Assembly (NCBI GenBank): GCA_964291655.2
Contig: OZ219802.1
Location: 640,001 to 704,000 of the forward strand
Length of the DNA stretch: 64,000 nt
Origin: Chloroflexota bacterium
Lineage (GTDB): Bacteria; Chloroflexota; UBA11872; VXOZ01
Direction of reading: 5' to 3'
In this document: positions 20,369 through 29,625 of the stretch, piece by piece
How positions within the stretch are numbered: the first letter of the stretch is position 1
How the letters are laid out: every line of letters starts with the position of its first letter
The notes under the pieces: generated by a model
Told to the model about the DNA's origin: nothing
The model's database searches: none
What the model saw: the letters and a program-made list of their open reading frames with translations, nothing else
Position numbers and translations under genes: made by a program

Positions 20369-21505
20369 GTGCAAGACATCAATGTTGCCCTGGTGGGCCA
20401 TCGCTTCATGGGCAAAGCACACACCCATGCATATCGTGACGTAAACCTCTTTTTTCCGTCGGTGCCGTACCGGCCCCGCCTCAAAGTGATAGCGGGGCGC
20501 GACGCCGCGTCGGTGCAAGAAGCCGCGGACCTACTAGGTTGGGAAGAATCATCCACAGACTGGCAAGAGGCCGTCACACGTGATGACATTGACCTCGTGG
20601 ACGTCGCTACGCCAAACCACCTGCACGCAGACGTGGCCATTGCCGCCGCAGAGGCCGGCAAGCAGGTGATCTGCGAGAAGCCGCTTGCCGTGACCGTACC
20701 GGAAGCGCGCTCTATGGTTGAAGCCGTGAAGAAGGCAGGCGTGAGCAACACCATTTGCTTTCACTTTCGGCGTTACCCGGCGGTTCGACTCGCAAGGAAG
20801 CTGATCGAGGATGGCGAACTTGGCGACATCTACCACTTTCGCGGGTGGTTTCTGGCTGAACGCTTCGCCGATCCGGCTACGCCGCTCGGCTGGCGCATGC
20901 AGCAGGAATACGCCGGTTTTGGAGTCTTCGGTGACCTTGGTTCGCACGTGCTTGACATTGCTCGTTACCTGTTAGGCGACGTACGCAGCGTTTGCGGCAA
21001 CTTCGCAACCTACATTAAGGAGCGTCCCACGCCTGAGGGCGGCAGCGGCGCGGTGACCGTTGATGATTGCGCGCAGGTCCTCATGCAGTTTACCAACGGC
21101 GCGCAAGGCATGCTGGAAGTAACCAAACTGGCACGTGGCAACAAGAATAACTTCGGCTTTGAAGTGAACGGGAGCAAGGGGTCGATCCGTTTCTACTTCG
21201 AGCGATTGAATGAATTGCAGTACTACTGCGGTGACGATCCGGGACCGCTTACGGGCTTCCGTACCATCCATGCCTCGGACTCTGTCCAGCACGACTATAT
21301 GCACGGCTACTGGCCTGCCGCCGCCCACAGCATCGGCTATGGCGAAGCCTTCATCCACATCGTCAAGGACTTCTTGGAAGCGCTGGGCAGCGGCGAGGCC
21401 ATGAGACCAGACTTCGTTGACGGTCTGCGCGTGCAGGAGATCATGGAAGCGGTCGGAACGTCGGTGCAAGACCGCGGCTGGGTGGATGTGGCGGCGCCGG
21501 AGTAG
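20369..21505 (+). CDS. Gfo/Idh/MocA-family oxidoreductase
   Basis: ALVGHRFMG..H, DVATPN.LH, CEKPLA, GDLGSH. Confidence 0.92.
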   Translation: MQDINVALVGHRFMGKAHTHAYRDVNLFFPSVPYRPRLKVIAGRDAASVQEAADLLGWEESSTDWQEAVTRDDIDLVDVATPNHLHADVAIAAAEAGKQVICEKPLAVTVPEARSMVEAVKKAGVSNTICFHFRRYPAVRLARKLIEDGELGDIYHFRGWFLAERFADPATPLGWRMQQEYAGFGVFGDLGSHVLDIARYLLGDVRSVCGNFATYIKERPTPEGGSGAVTVDDCAQVLMQFTNGAQGMLEVTKLARGNKNNFGFEVNGSKGSIRFYFERLNELQYYCGDDPGPLTGFRTIHASDSVQHDYMHGYWPAAAHSIGYGEAFIHIVKDFLEALGSGEAMRPDFVDGLRVQEIMEAVGTSVQDRGWVDVAAPE

Positions 21506-21860
21506 CGCCGGGTGTCAACGAATGCTGGTCATGCCCGAATAGTGTCGTATAGGCAATTCGACACGCCGCGCTCCGTTCATACTTCGACAAGCCTGTACTG
21601 AGCTTGCCGAAGTGCTCAGCACGAACGGAGCGTTCGCGCCAGTGGCAGATTCTTGTTTCCCCCAACAGAATACTTTCCTTGAACAGAACGTCAGCGTAGA
21701 CGGAGTACGAACAGTTTCTTTGTCTTTCGCGGGAAGAGGCCATCGCCTAGGCAACGACCCTGCGCTCGGCAGGGCTCACCGACACCGGCACAGAGTGGTA
21801 CTCTAACTACGATCACACTTGAAGTAATAGTTTTGTCATCAATTCAGGGAGGCGAGATGG

Positions 21861-22709
21861 ATGTATACCAGGTCCTATAATGGCACGAACAAGAAAGTCT
21901 TCTGGCAAGAGATGTGGCGGCACGAGCTCTACGAAGCCTTGAAACATGACCCCGTCGTTATTATCCCCGTTGGATCCATTGAGCAGCACGGCCCCCACAG
22001 TCCCACCGACATCGACATCAGCATCCCCTACTACCTCGCTGCTGAAGCCGCGACCCGAACGGACGACTATCCCATCATCGTGGCACCGCCGGTTTGGACG
22101 GGCTTTACGCACTTCAACATGGGGCACATCGGCACGATCACGGTGGCGCTTGAGACATACATTGCCGTCCTCTGCGACGTTTGCCGCAGTATCAAGGCGA
22201 ATGGCTTCGAGCGCATGATCATGCTCAATGGCCACGGCGGCAACGTGGCTCCCACGCAAACGACTTCCGTCAAGCTCGCCCAGGAGGACATCTGGTCTCT
22301 GCACATTACGTACTTCCACATGGTGGAGGACGAACTCAAGGAGTGGGGCGACAGCGACGACACCATCGGGCACGGCGGCGAATGGGAGACCTCCCTGCAA
22401 CTCTACTTGCGGGGCCACATGGTCGACCTGGATAAGCGGACGCCTAACGGCCTTGCGCCCATGGTCCGCGACCCGGTGGTGGGCAAATTCGCCAAGTGGC
22501 CGGAACGCCGCCGCGAAGCCGATGAGGGCGTGATGGGCGATCCATTTGTGGCCAGCGCGGAGAAAGGCGAACGCATCTTTAACCTCGCCGTTGAACGCCT
22601 CATCTTAGCCTGCAACGAGCTACACAAGTATCCGGTGCGCGGCTATTTCGACCATGGCAGCGACGCCACCCTTGGCCCGCTCTCGCCGGACGCCACGCCG
22701 CCGCGATAA
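21861..22709 (+). CDS. Creatininase-family amidohydrolase
   Basis: PVGSIEQHGPH...D, NGHGGN, HGGEWETS. Confidence 0.92.
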   Translation: MYTRSYNGTNKKVFWQEMWRHELYEALKHDPVVIIPVGSIEQHGPHSPTDIDISIPYYLAAEAATRTDDYPIIVAPPVWTGFTHFNMGHIGTITVALETYIAVLCDVCRSIKANGFERMIMLNGHGGNVAPTQTTSVKLAQEDIWSLHITYFHMVEDELKEWGDSDDTIGHGGEWETSLQLYLRGHMVDLDKRTPNGLAPMVRDPVVGKFAKWPERRREADEGVMGDPFVASAEKGERIFNLAVERLILACNELHKYPVRGYFDHGSDATLGPLSPDATPPR

Positions 22710-22901
22710 GCAACCCTCCACGGACGAGTGGCAATTTGATGCAAACGATATGAGAACGCGCGTTGGCAATGAAGTTTAGTAGGAATGGTCTGTTGCATGT
22801 ACCATTCGCTCTGGACCTGCCAGTCCTGAGCGTGCCGAAGTGTCGCAGGGCAGTTTCTCGCCAAACGCTTTGAAAACTGAACGAAGAAATACTGAAAGGA
22901 A

Positions 22902-24107
22902 TTGAGAGCAGTGGGTGAATTCTATCAAGATCTCGGTGTCAAGCGTGTGATCAATGCTGCCGGCACCTTAACTCGCCTTGGCGGCACACCGATGGACGAT
23001 GACGTGCTCGACGCCATGCGCGAAGCCGCGCAATGGAGCGTGCGCATCGAGGAACTCCAGGAGGCAGCGGGGAACTACCTCGCCGAAGTCACCGGGGCGG
23101 AAGCCGGCTACGTAACCGCCGGCGCGGCAGCAGGCCTGCTGGTTGGTACCGCCGCCTGCATCGCGGGCTTAGATATCCACAAGATGAACCTCCTGCCTGA
23201 AACAGCGAACATACCGAACGAGGTAGTCATCCAACGCCTCCACCGGAATGCGTACGACCACGCTTTGCGCACGGCGGGCGCGAAGTTTGTTGAGGTCGGA
23301 CACATCGGTCACCCGACTGGAGGTTACACCGAGCCGTGGCATATCGAGACTGCAATAAACGAGCGCACGGTCGCCGTTCACTGGGTCGCCATGCCTGTGG
23401 AAGGGGTTGTGAGCTTAGAAGACACGGTCGCCGTCGCGCACAAACATGACGTTCCCGTCATTGTGGACGCGGCCGGTGGCTTGCCGCCCGCCGAAAACCT
23501 GCGCGGCTACATCGCCACGGGCGCCGACCTCGTCTCTTTCTCCGGCGGCAAGGCGATACAAGGCCCACAAGCCTCCGGCATCCTGGTCGGTCGGCGCGAC
23601 CTCATCCAATCCGTGGCACTACAGCATCAAGACATGGACGTGATGGTGGAGACGTGGACCTTACGCGATCAACTGCTGGGAAGCGGCCGCCTGCTCGGCC
23701 CGCCGCTCCAAGGCATCGGCCGCCCTATGAAAGTGGGCAAAGAGGAAATCGCCGGTCTGCTGGCAGCGGTAAAGAAGTACGTCAGCCGCGACCATGCCGC
23801 CGCGCGGGCAGAGTGGCTCTGCCGCCTCGAATCCATCGCTGCCGATCTCAGCAGCGTATCTGGAATCGCCACCGAGGTGGTTGGACGCGACGGCGCTTCC
23901 TATCCCACGTTGCGAGTCTCACTGGACGACGCCGTGCATGGCGTATCGGCAATCGACTTGGTGAACCGCTTGTTTGACGACGATCCGGCCATTGCCGTTA
24001 GTCAGTACGGCTCCCTGGAAGGCAGTATCACTATCAACCCGCTCAACCTGGATGGTGACAAACCGCAGTTCGTCGCAGCACGCATCCGTGCCATCGTGGC
24101 GTCGTAG
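22902..24107 (+). CDS. SelA/DgaE-like PLP-dependent enzyme
   Basis: RVINAAGTLTRLGG, IVDAA, FSGGKAIQGPQASG (PLP lysine), GIGRPMKVGKEEI. Confidence 0.85.
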   Translation: MRAVGEFYQDLGVKRVINAAGTLTRLGGTPMDDDVLDAMREAAQWSVRIEELQEAAGNYLAEVTGAEAGYVTAGAAAGLLVGTAACIAGLDIHKMNLLPETANIPNEVVIQRLHRNAYDHALRTAGAKFVEVGHIGHPTGGYTEPWHIETAINERTVAVHWVAMPVEGVVSLEDTVAVAHKHDVPVIVDAAGGLPPAENLRGYIATGADLVSFSGGKAIQGPQASGILVGRRDLIQSVALQHQDMDVMVETWTLRDQLLGSGRLLGPPLQGIGRPMKVGKEEIAGLLAAVKKYVSRDHAAARAEWLCRLESIAADLSSVSGIATEVVGRDGASYPTLRVSLDDAVHGVSAIDLVNRLFDDDPAIAVSQYGSLEGSITINPLNLDGDKPQFVAARIRAIVAS

Positions 24108-24451
24108 CTCATCCGTCATTCCGAACGCAGTGAGGAATCTAGGAATTCAGTGTCCGTGGTCTACGAACCAGAGACCCGGACTAGATTAGTCTTCCCTTGC
24201 CAATCTAAACTCGATCCTCGCTACCAAGCCGTAGCGCGGGGGCTTGTCCCCCGCTTCCTGGCGGAAGAAACACTCACCATCTTGGGCAAAGTGCTTAGAA
24301 AAGCAGGGATCATGCATCAAGGGTGTGCTTGGAGCTGCTTCATACAAGACTGCAAAAGCCAGGGTCCGAATCGGCTCTTCTCCAAGACAGGGAGACTCAA
24401 GAACGTGAGGCAGTGGGTACACTCGTGAACTCAGTAGGGGCCTCGTAACCC

Positions 24452-25111
24452 ATGCGACTCCGTGAATTTGGCGCAGACGGCCAACGCTTTGCCGGGATCG
24501 TAGGCTTGCGCCGCAACAAGCTGCTCTTCACGCTGCCCGATCCCAGCTACGCACAGGAAGGGGAGAATGGCGCGCTCGTCCTTCCTCTTTGGGGTATTGG
24601 CGGCATGTGCGCGACGGGCGAGTCGTGGCAAGCCGCCGCTCAGCGTCATGGCGAAGCCGAGACTGGCTGCGAAGTGCGGCTCTTCTCCAGCCGCGAGACG
24701 TACTACCTCAACGTGAAGAGCGACATCTTTGGCGTAGACGTTGAAGACGTACCGGCGCCCGCCCTGCTCTATGCCGCCGCATACCGACCCCCGGACAACC
24801 CCTACGGCGACTTGCAAACTGTCTACGGCGCAGAATATTTCGCGCACGTGCGGGGCACGCCACGGCCCGGAGAAGATGTTGCCGCGCTCATTGCCCTCGG
24901 CCAGCCGTTGCTCGTGGCAGCGGAGCAGCAAGCACTAACCCTAGAAAACCTATTGCAGGCGGGCGCGGAGCTCTTTGTCAATCCAAAGTCTCCACCGCCC
25001 GACCCATCGCTCTCCATCGCGCCGCTGGGCACGCCCAAGTTCATGCTGCACGTGCTCGACGCCGGCCACTGGTGGCAAACTCTCTCTTTGGCAGGCCTAC
25101 CGGTACTCTAA
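24452..25111 (+). CDS. Hypothetical protein with degenerate Nudix box
   Basis: GGMCATGESWQAAAQRHGEAETG fits Gx5Ex7RE..EExG with RE->RH and EE->AE. Confidence 0.55.
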   Translation: MRLREFGADGQRFAGIVGLRRNKLLFTLPDPSYAQEGENGALVLPLWGIGGMCATGESWQAAAQRHGEAETGCEVRLFSSRETYYLNVKSDIFGVDVEDVPAPALLYAAAYRPPDNPYGDLQTVYGAEYFAHVRGTPRPGEDVAALIALGQPLLVAAEQQALTLENLLQAGAELFVNPKSPPPDPSLSIAPLGTPKFMLHVLDAGHWWQTLSLAGLPVL

Positions 25112-25269
25112 GCATCGCACTTGATGTTCCAGAGCTTCACGCGACGCTCCCGTCAGAGGAGAGATGGACAGATATACTGAGGTTGGAAAGAGAGATGGTT
25201 GATGGCTGAGGGATGATGGAACGGAGCCAAAGCGGTAGTTCCTCAGGTACTCGGAAGGAGAAGGTAATC

Positions 25270-25494
25270 ATGGCCGACATCATTTCCGAAATCATATTTG
25301 AAGTCAGCGAGGATGAAGTCGACGGTGGATATTCGGCCAGCGCGTTTGGATATGGCATCCACACGTCTGGCGAAACGATTGAGGAGCTCCGCCACAATGT
25401 CAAAGAAGCCGTTGACTGCTACTTCGACGAGTCCATGAAGCAACCTGGCTTGATTCGTCTTCACTTCGTCCGCGACGAAGTTCTTGCACTATGA
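25270..25494 (+). CDS. HicB-like antitoxin
   Basis: EIIFEVSEDEVDGGYSASA...IHTSGETIEELRHNVKEAV..YF; ATGA overlap with following hicA-like frame. Confidence 0.75.
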   Translation: MADIISEIIFEVSEDEVDGGYSASAFGYGIHTSGETIEELRHNVKEAVDCYFDESMKQPGLIRLHFVRDEVLAL

Positions 25495-25732
25495 AATTGC
25501 CGCGCAACGTAAGCGGGGCGGGCTTAGTGAAAGCGCTGCGGCGTTTGGGGTATAGGGCTACCCGGCAACGCGGTTCTCACGTGCGGATCACGACGCAGAC
25601 GAATGGCGAACATCATTAGGTGTTCCTCAACATACGCCCATCAAGGCAAAGACACTATCGTACACTCTCAGAAGCGTTGCGGCCCATCACGGCCTGAGAG
25701 TCTCAGAACTGCTCAAGCAGCTTGAATTGTAG
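25491..25732 (+). pseudogene. HicA-family toxin pseudogene
   Basis: MKLPRNVSG...LGY...RQRGSH, then in-frame TAG at 25617 and a frameshift; remainder PQHTPIKAKTL..TLRSVAAHHGL...LEL* in another frame. Confidence 0.8.
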
Positions 25733-25955
25733 CCCCTCTTTCAATCGTAACTACGCGCTTGCGCTTGACATGAAATGCTAACACAACCTAGCGAATTGGC
25801 AGACACAACGAACCACCTCATTGACCAGAAGCGTCTCACTGAAGCCGCACACCAAAGAATCCGGGTGTATTACATTTGCAGGCCAACGTGACGATGCAAG
25901 AGTAGAGTAGAAACTATCTCGCGGCAACATGTCCTCCGCAGTGGAATCCATCTGA

Positions 25956-26909
25956 CTAACGGTCTCCGCCAAGACCCGCCCGGCCCGTGCGCAATGCTCG
26001 ATTCACTTCCTCTCGACTCGGCAAGCTGGCGATCGCGCCTCTGCCGCGCACCTTGAGTCCGGCCGTGACCACGCCCAATCGCGCTGCTTCCAGCGGACCC
26101 ATGTTCTCCACCAGCCCGTGCAGGAACGCGCCGTCGAAGGCGTCACCGGCGCCGGTCGTGTCGACCACCTGCGGGACAGCGAAAGCTGGTACCGTCCCCG
26201 TTCCGCCTTCTGCGCTCACGTAAACGCCGGCATCGCCTTGCTTGACCGCTACCGCATAGGCACCAAATCCATGCAGGTATTCTGCCGTTTCCTGGGGGGA
26301 CGCGCAGCCGAACAACTGCTCTGACTCCTCAGGTCCGCTCGGCAGGGCGATGTCCACATGCGGCAGGAGCTCTTCCGCCGCGGCCCGCGCCTCCGCCACC
26401 GACCACAGTGCGGGCCGAAAATTGGGGTCGAACGAAACGCACACATGCGCCTCATTCGCCATACGCGCCGCCGCCAGTGCGGTCGCCCGCGCCGACTCCG
26501 AGATGGCCTGGGCGATGCCGCTGATGTGAAGCACCCTGGCCTCCGCGATGTAATCGGGATCCAGGTCCTCAGGGGTCATGGTGCTGGGCGCGCTGCCGGC
26601 CCGGTAGTAGGTAAACTCCCGTTCACCCCGACCGTAGATGGAGATAAAGTATATGCCGTTCCGCCCCTCCACGCGCTTCACGTGTGAGGTATCAATTCCC
26701 AAAGACTCCCAGCCATCGAGCAAGAATGGTTGAAAGGGATCGTTGCCGACCCGCGAGAGAAAGCCGCATGAGCTTCCCATACGCGACGCCGCCGCCAGGA
26801 GATTGAGCGCATCGCCGGCGAAGGCTTTCTGCAGTTTGTGCGCCTCTGCTAACGGCTCCTCTGCAAAGAACTCCACCATGCACTCGCCGAGGGAGAGAAT
26901 ATCAGGCAT
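25956..26909 (-). CDS. PfkB-family sugar kinase (2-keto-3-deoxygluconate kinase-like)
   Basis: LGECMVE, AGDALN, SFDPNFRPALW, DTTGAGDAF. Confidence 0.88.
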   Translation of the reverse strand: MPDILSLGECMVEFFAEEPLAEAHKLQKAFAGDALNLLAAASRMGSSCGFLSRVGNDPFQPFLLDGWESLGIDTSHVKRVEGRNGIYFISIYGRGEREFTYYRAGSAPSTMTPEDLDPDYIAEARVLHISGIAQAISESARATALAAARMANEAHVCVSFDPNFRPALWSVAEARAAAEELLPHVDIALPSGPEESEQLFGCASPQETAEYLHGFGAYAVAVKQGDAGVYVSAEGGTGTVPAFAVPQVVDTTGAGDAFDGAFLHGLVENMGPLEAARLGVVTAGLKVRGRGAIASLPSREEVNRALRTGRAGLGGDR

Positions 26910-26920
26910 TTTTGCCTCTT

Positions 26921-27191
26921 AGAGCCTGCTTACGATCTTCCGAGATGAAGTTTGCATAGCCATGGGAGCCGTTCTTGCTGAAAGCTGCACGCAGCCGGCT
27001 TCGCGCAGCCTCTGCCTGTCCTGAGCTCGCCGAAGGGTCGAAGTACGAACGGCCATTCGCCAGCTTATTGCGGCCCCCTTCACCCTTCGACAAGCCTGTA
27101 CTGAGCCTGTCGCAGTGCTCAGAGCCTGCCCAGTACTCGATTCGGGGGGCGAACGTTGCGCGCCCGGACAAGAAGATTGTAAACCGGCTCT
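26921..27191. mobile_element. MITE-like element with 19-bp imperfect TIRs (IS5-like ends)
   Basis: Left AGAGCCTGCTTACGATCTT; revcomp of right end AGAGCCGGTTTACAATCTT; interior carries CTTCGACAAGCCTGTACTGAGC-type palindromes also seen near 21582. Confidence 0.65.
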
Positions 27192-27342
27192 TGGGGACAA
27201 CACCATCCCTTGCGGGGTCTATTGATTTTCACATTTCACTATGATGTCCGTTCGTGGTGAGCCTGTCGAACCATGCCCGAACATCCCTTAGACGAACGTG
27301 GAGCTGCGGGCTATCACGTAATCTACCCAGCGTGGCGTCACA

Positions 27343-27977
27343 CTAGAGCGATTCTTCCACAAACCGCCGCGCAAAGTCTGCAAGGCCGGCATAGTCACCG
27401 GCAGTGATGAGCGACGGCGGCATGAGTCCCGAGCCCAGCGCCACGTTAGCCGCTCCCGCCTCCAGGTAAGCGCGATAGTTGTCGAAGCCGATGCCCCCGG
27501 AGGCGACGATGGGGATCCCGGGGAGCGGTCCGAGCACCGACTTGACGTACCCCGGCCCGCCGACGCTATCAATTGGAAAGACCTTCACCATGTCAGAACC
27601 CGATTCATGCACGTCGAGAATCTCGGTGGGTGTCAGACCGGCCATGATGCAGGGCACATCAGCCTCGTGCGCCAGAGACACGAGCGCAGGCCGGTTCACG
27701 GGCCCGACCACAAACTGCGCGCCGGCTGCCAGCGCCTCCCTTGCCTGGGTCTCGGTTGTCACCGTACCGGCGCCTACCAGACAACCGGTGGTTTCTCCCT
27801 CGCAACCACTTCAATCACGGCGGCGGCGTCCGGTACCGTAAACGTAATCTCAACGAGCCGAATACCGGCAGCATACAGCGCCTGCGCAGTCCGCACCGCC
27901 TCCTTGGTAGTCTTGGTGCGCACCACGGCGGTTATCTTGGCCTCGCACAGATCGCTTAGCAGCGCCGCACGACTCAT
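27343..27977 (-). pseudogene. eda: KDPG/KHG aldolase, frameshifted
   Basis: N-part AVVR...GIRLVEITF (27774..27977) and C-part LVGAGTV...GAQFVVGP...TPTE...KVFP...SGGI in different frames; one base missing near 27787. Confidence 0.8.
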
Positions 27978-28317
27978 TGCATACTCCTTTGCACGATCTT
28001 ACCCTGCCCGGATACAGTTGCCCTCAATCCGGAAGGCAGACAAGAACTGTATATCACGAACGCTTCATGTAGTATAATCGTAATTGTAAACCTCCTCTTG
28101 AGCTCAGAATCAGTCTAGCATTACACTAGAGCAGGCGCTAAACATGCGTCTGCGGTCTTGACCCATTTATTGGTTCTGGCTGCGTTCTACAGCGCGTTTT
28201 GGCGCTATTGCTATTCGCCATTCCTCAAGAATGACACTTCGAGAACTCCTACAGCTTTCAATCAACTCTCTCGCTTTTCCGTCATGCTCCGCCTTGCTGT
28301 CGCGGATTCTGACACCC

Positions 28318-29226
28318 ATGGGCTTGCAATGGACGGTCTTGTGTGTCTTCCTCTTTGCCGCCTGTGCGCAAACCGATTCCGATCAAATGACGTTTGGGCG
28401 CACGATTCCGCCCGCCACTGCAGTGCCGACGCCATCTGTGCCGGCACCCATACCAACCGCGGGCGCTGAGCCAGCAATTGTCATGTCCACGGCAGTCCCT
28501 TACCCCACACCGGACCTCACCGGGCTTCCCTATGAGGTTCTCGCCCAAGAGATTGTGCGCGGCGGCCCGGACATCCCTGCCGTCGCGTTCACGCTCGACG
28601 GTGGGGCAATTGCCGCCTACACTCCTGAAATATTGGAAATTCTGCGCGAGCACGGGGTGCGCATTACAATCTTCATCACCGGACAGTTCGCCGAACGCCA
28701 CCCTGAACTCGTCCTCGAGATGATCGCCGACGGGCATGAAATTGGGAACCACTCCTATGCGCACCCCGACTTTACCAAGCTGAACGATGATGTCATCCGC
28801 GCGGAGCTCACCCGCACAGAGGAAATCATAAAGGACGTAGCGGGAGTAAGCACCAAGCCCTGGTTCCGCTTCCCCTACGGCGCACGCAATCACCATGTCC
28901 GCCGCGTGGTAGCCCGTGAAGGCTATCAGAGCATCTACTGGACTATCGATACGATTGACTGGCGGGATGACGCGACGCCTGCCTTGGTCAAGCAGCGCAT
29001 CCGCGACCGCCTCCAGAATGGCGTCATCATTCTCGCTCATCTCGGCAGCAAGCATACGCTGGAGGCGCTCCCAGACATTTTGACTGAACTAAAGGAGCAG
29101 GGTTACCGGGTCGTAAAAGTCTCTGAACTCTTGTATCCGCCACCGACCATTGCGACCCCCATTGTGAATCCAACGCCCACGACTATTGTGAAGCCTTCCC
29201 CAACCATCGTACTCTCCAGCCCTTGA
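28318..29226 (+). CDS. Polysaccharide deacetylase (NodB/CE4) lipoprotein
   Basis: LFAAC lipobox, Pro/Thr linker, AFTLDG, EIGNHSYAH, FRFPYG, IILAH. Confidence 0.85.
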   Translation: MGLQWTVLCVFLFAACAQTDSDQMTFGRTIPPATAVPTPSVPAPIPTAGAEPAIVMSTAVPYPTPDLTGLPYEVLAQEIVRGGPDIPAVAFTLDGGAIAAYTPEILEILREHGVRITIFITGQFAERHPELVLEMIADGHEIGNHSYAHPDFTKLNDDVIRAELTRTEEIIKDVAGVSTKPWFRFPYGARNHHVRRVVAREGYQSIYWTIDTIDWRDDATPALVKQRIRDRLQNGVIILAHLGSKHTLEALPDILTELKEQGYRVVKVSELLYPPPTIATPIVNPTPTTIVKPSPTIVLSSP

Positions 29227-29251
29227 CAGAGGCCTGAACCTACCATAGAAT
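29223..29251 (+). promoter_or_regulatory. Sigma70-type promoter of trp leader
   Basis: TTGACA-17 nt-TAGAAT just upstream of T-box stem I. Confidence 0.7.
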
Positions 29252-29273
29252 ACGATTCACAATTGAATATGAA

Positions 29274-29598
29274 AAAGGCGATGATCAGGAAGAGTACGCT
29301 GTTAAGGCGGCCTTCAGAGAGCCGGGGAATGGTGGGATCCCGGCGGTGCGCGGCCAGCGGAATGGGCCTGGGAGCTGTGACCTGAAAGATAGCTGATCCG
29401 GAAACGCGTCAAAGCGAAATGTGGCCGGTTTAGTTGCCGACTAGGCGTCAACGGAACCCCTACCGTAGACTTTGGGGCAAGCATACAACCGCGCAGGCGA
29501 GGAGTGCTTGAGTGAATGAAGCGGGCTGCGCATGCAGCCAATAAGGGTGGCACCGCGAGACACTTCTCGTCCCTTTGAGGGACGAGATTTCTTTTTTT
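29274..29598 (+). promoter_or_regulatory. T-box riboswitch, Trp specifier
   Basis: GCGATGA GA-motif, AGTA, AGAGA and GGTG boxes, specifier GAA-TGG at 29363-29365, T-box AATAAGGGTGGCACCGCG near 29540, terminator TCTCGTCCCT-TTG-AGGGACGAGA plus T-run. Confidence 0.93.
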
Positions 29599-29625
29599 AA
29601 GGAACAGCCTGAACAAGGGAATACC

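Noticed and set aside
21861-22709. Mycofactocin peptidase MftE
   Set aside because: Creatininase fold only; no mftA precursor or radical SAM genes in the window
22902-24107. True selenocysteine synthase selA
   Set aside because: Shorter, lacks the SelA N-terminal domain, no selB/selC/selD nearby; motifs fit the DgaE-like group
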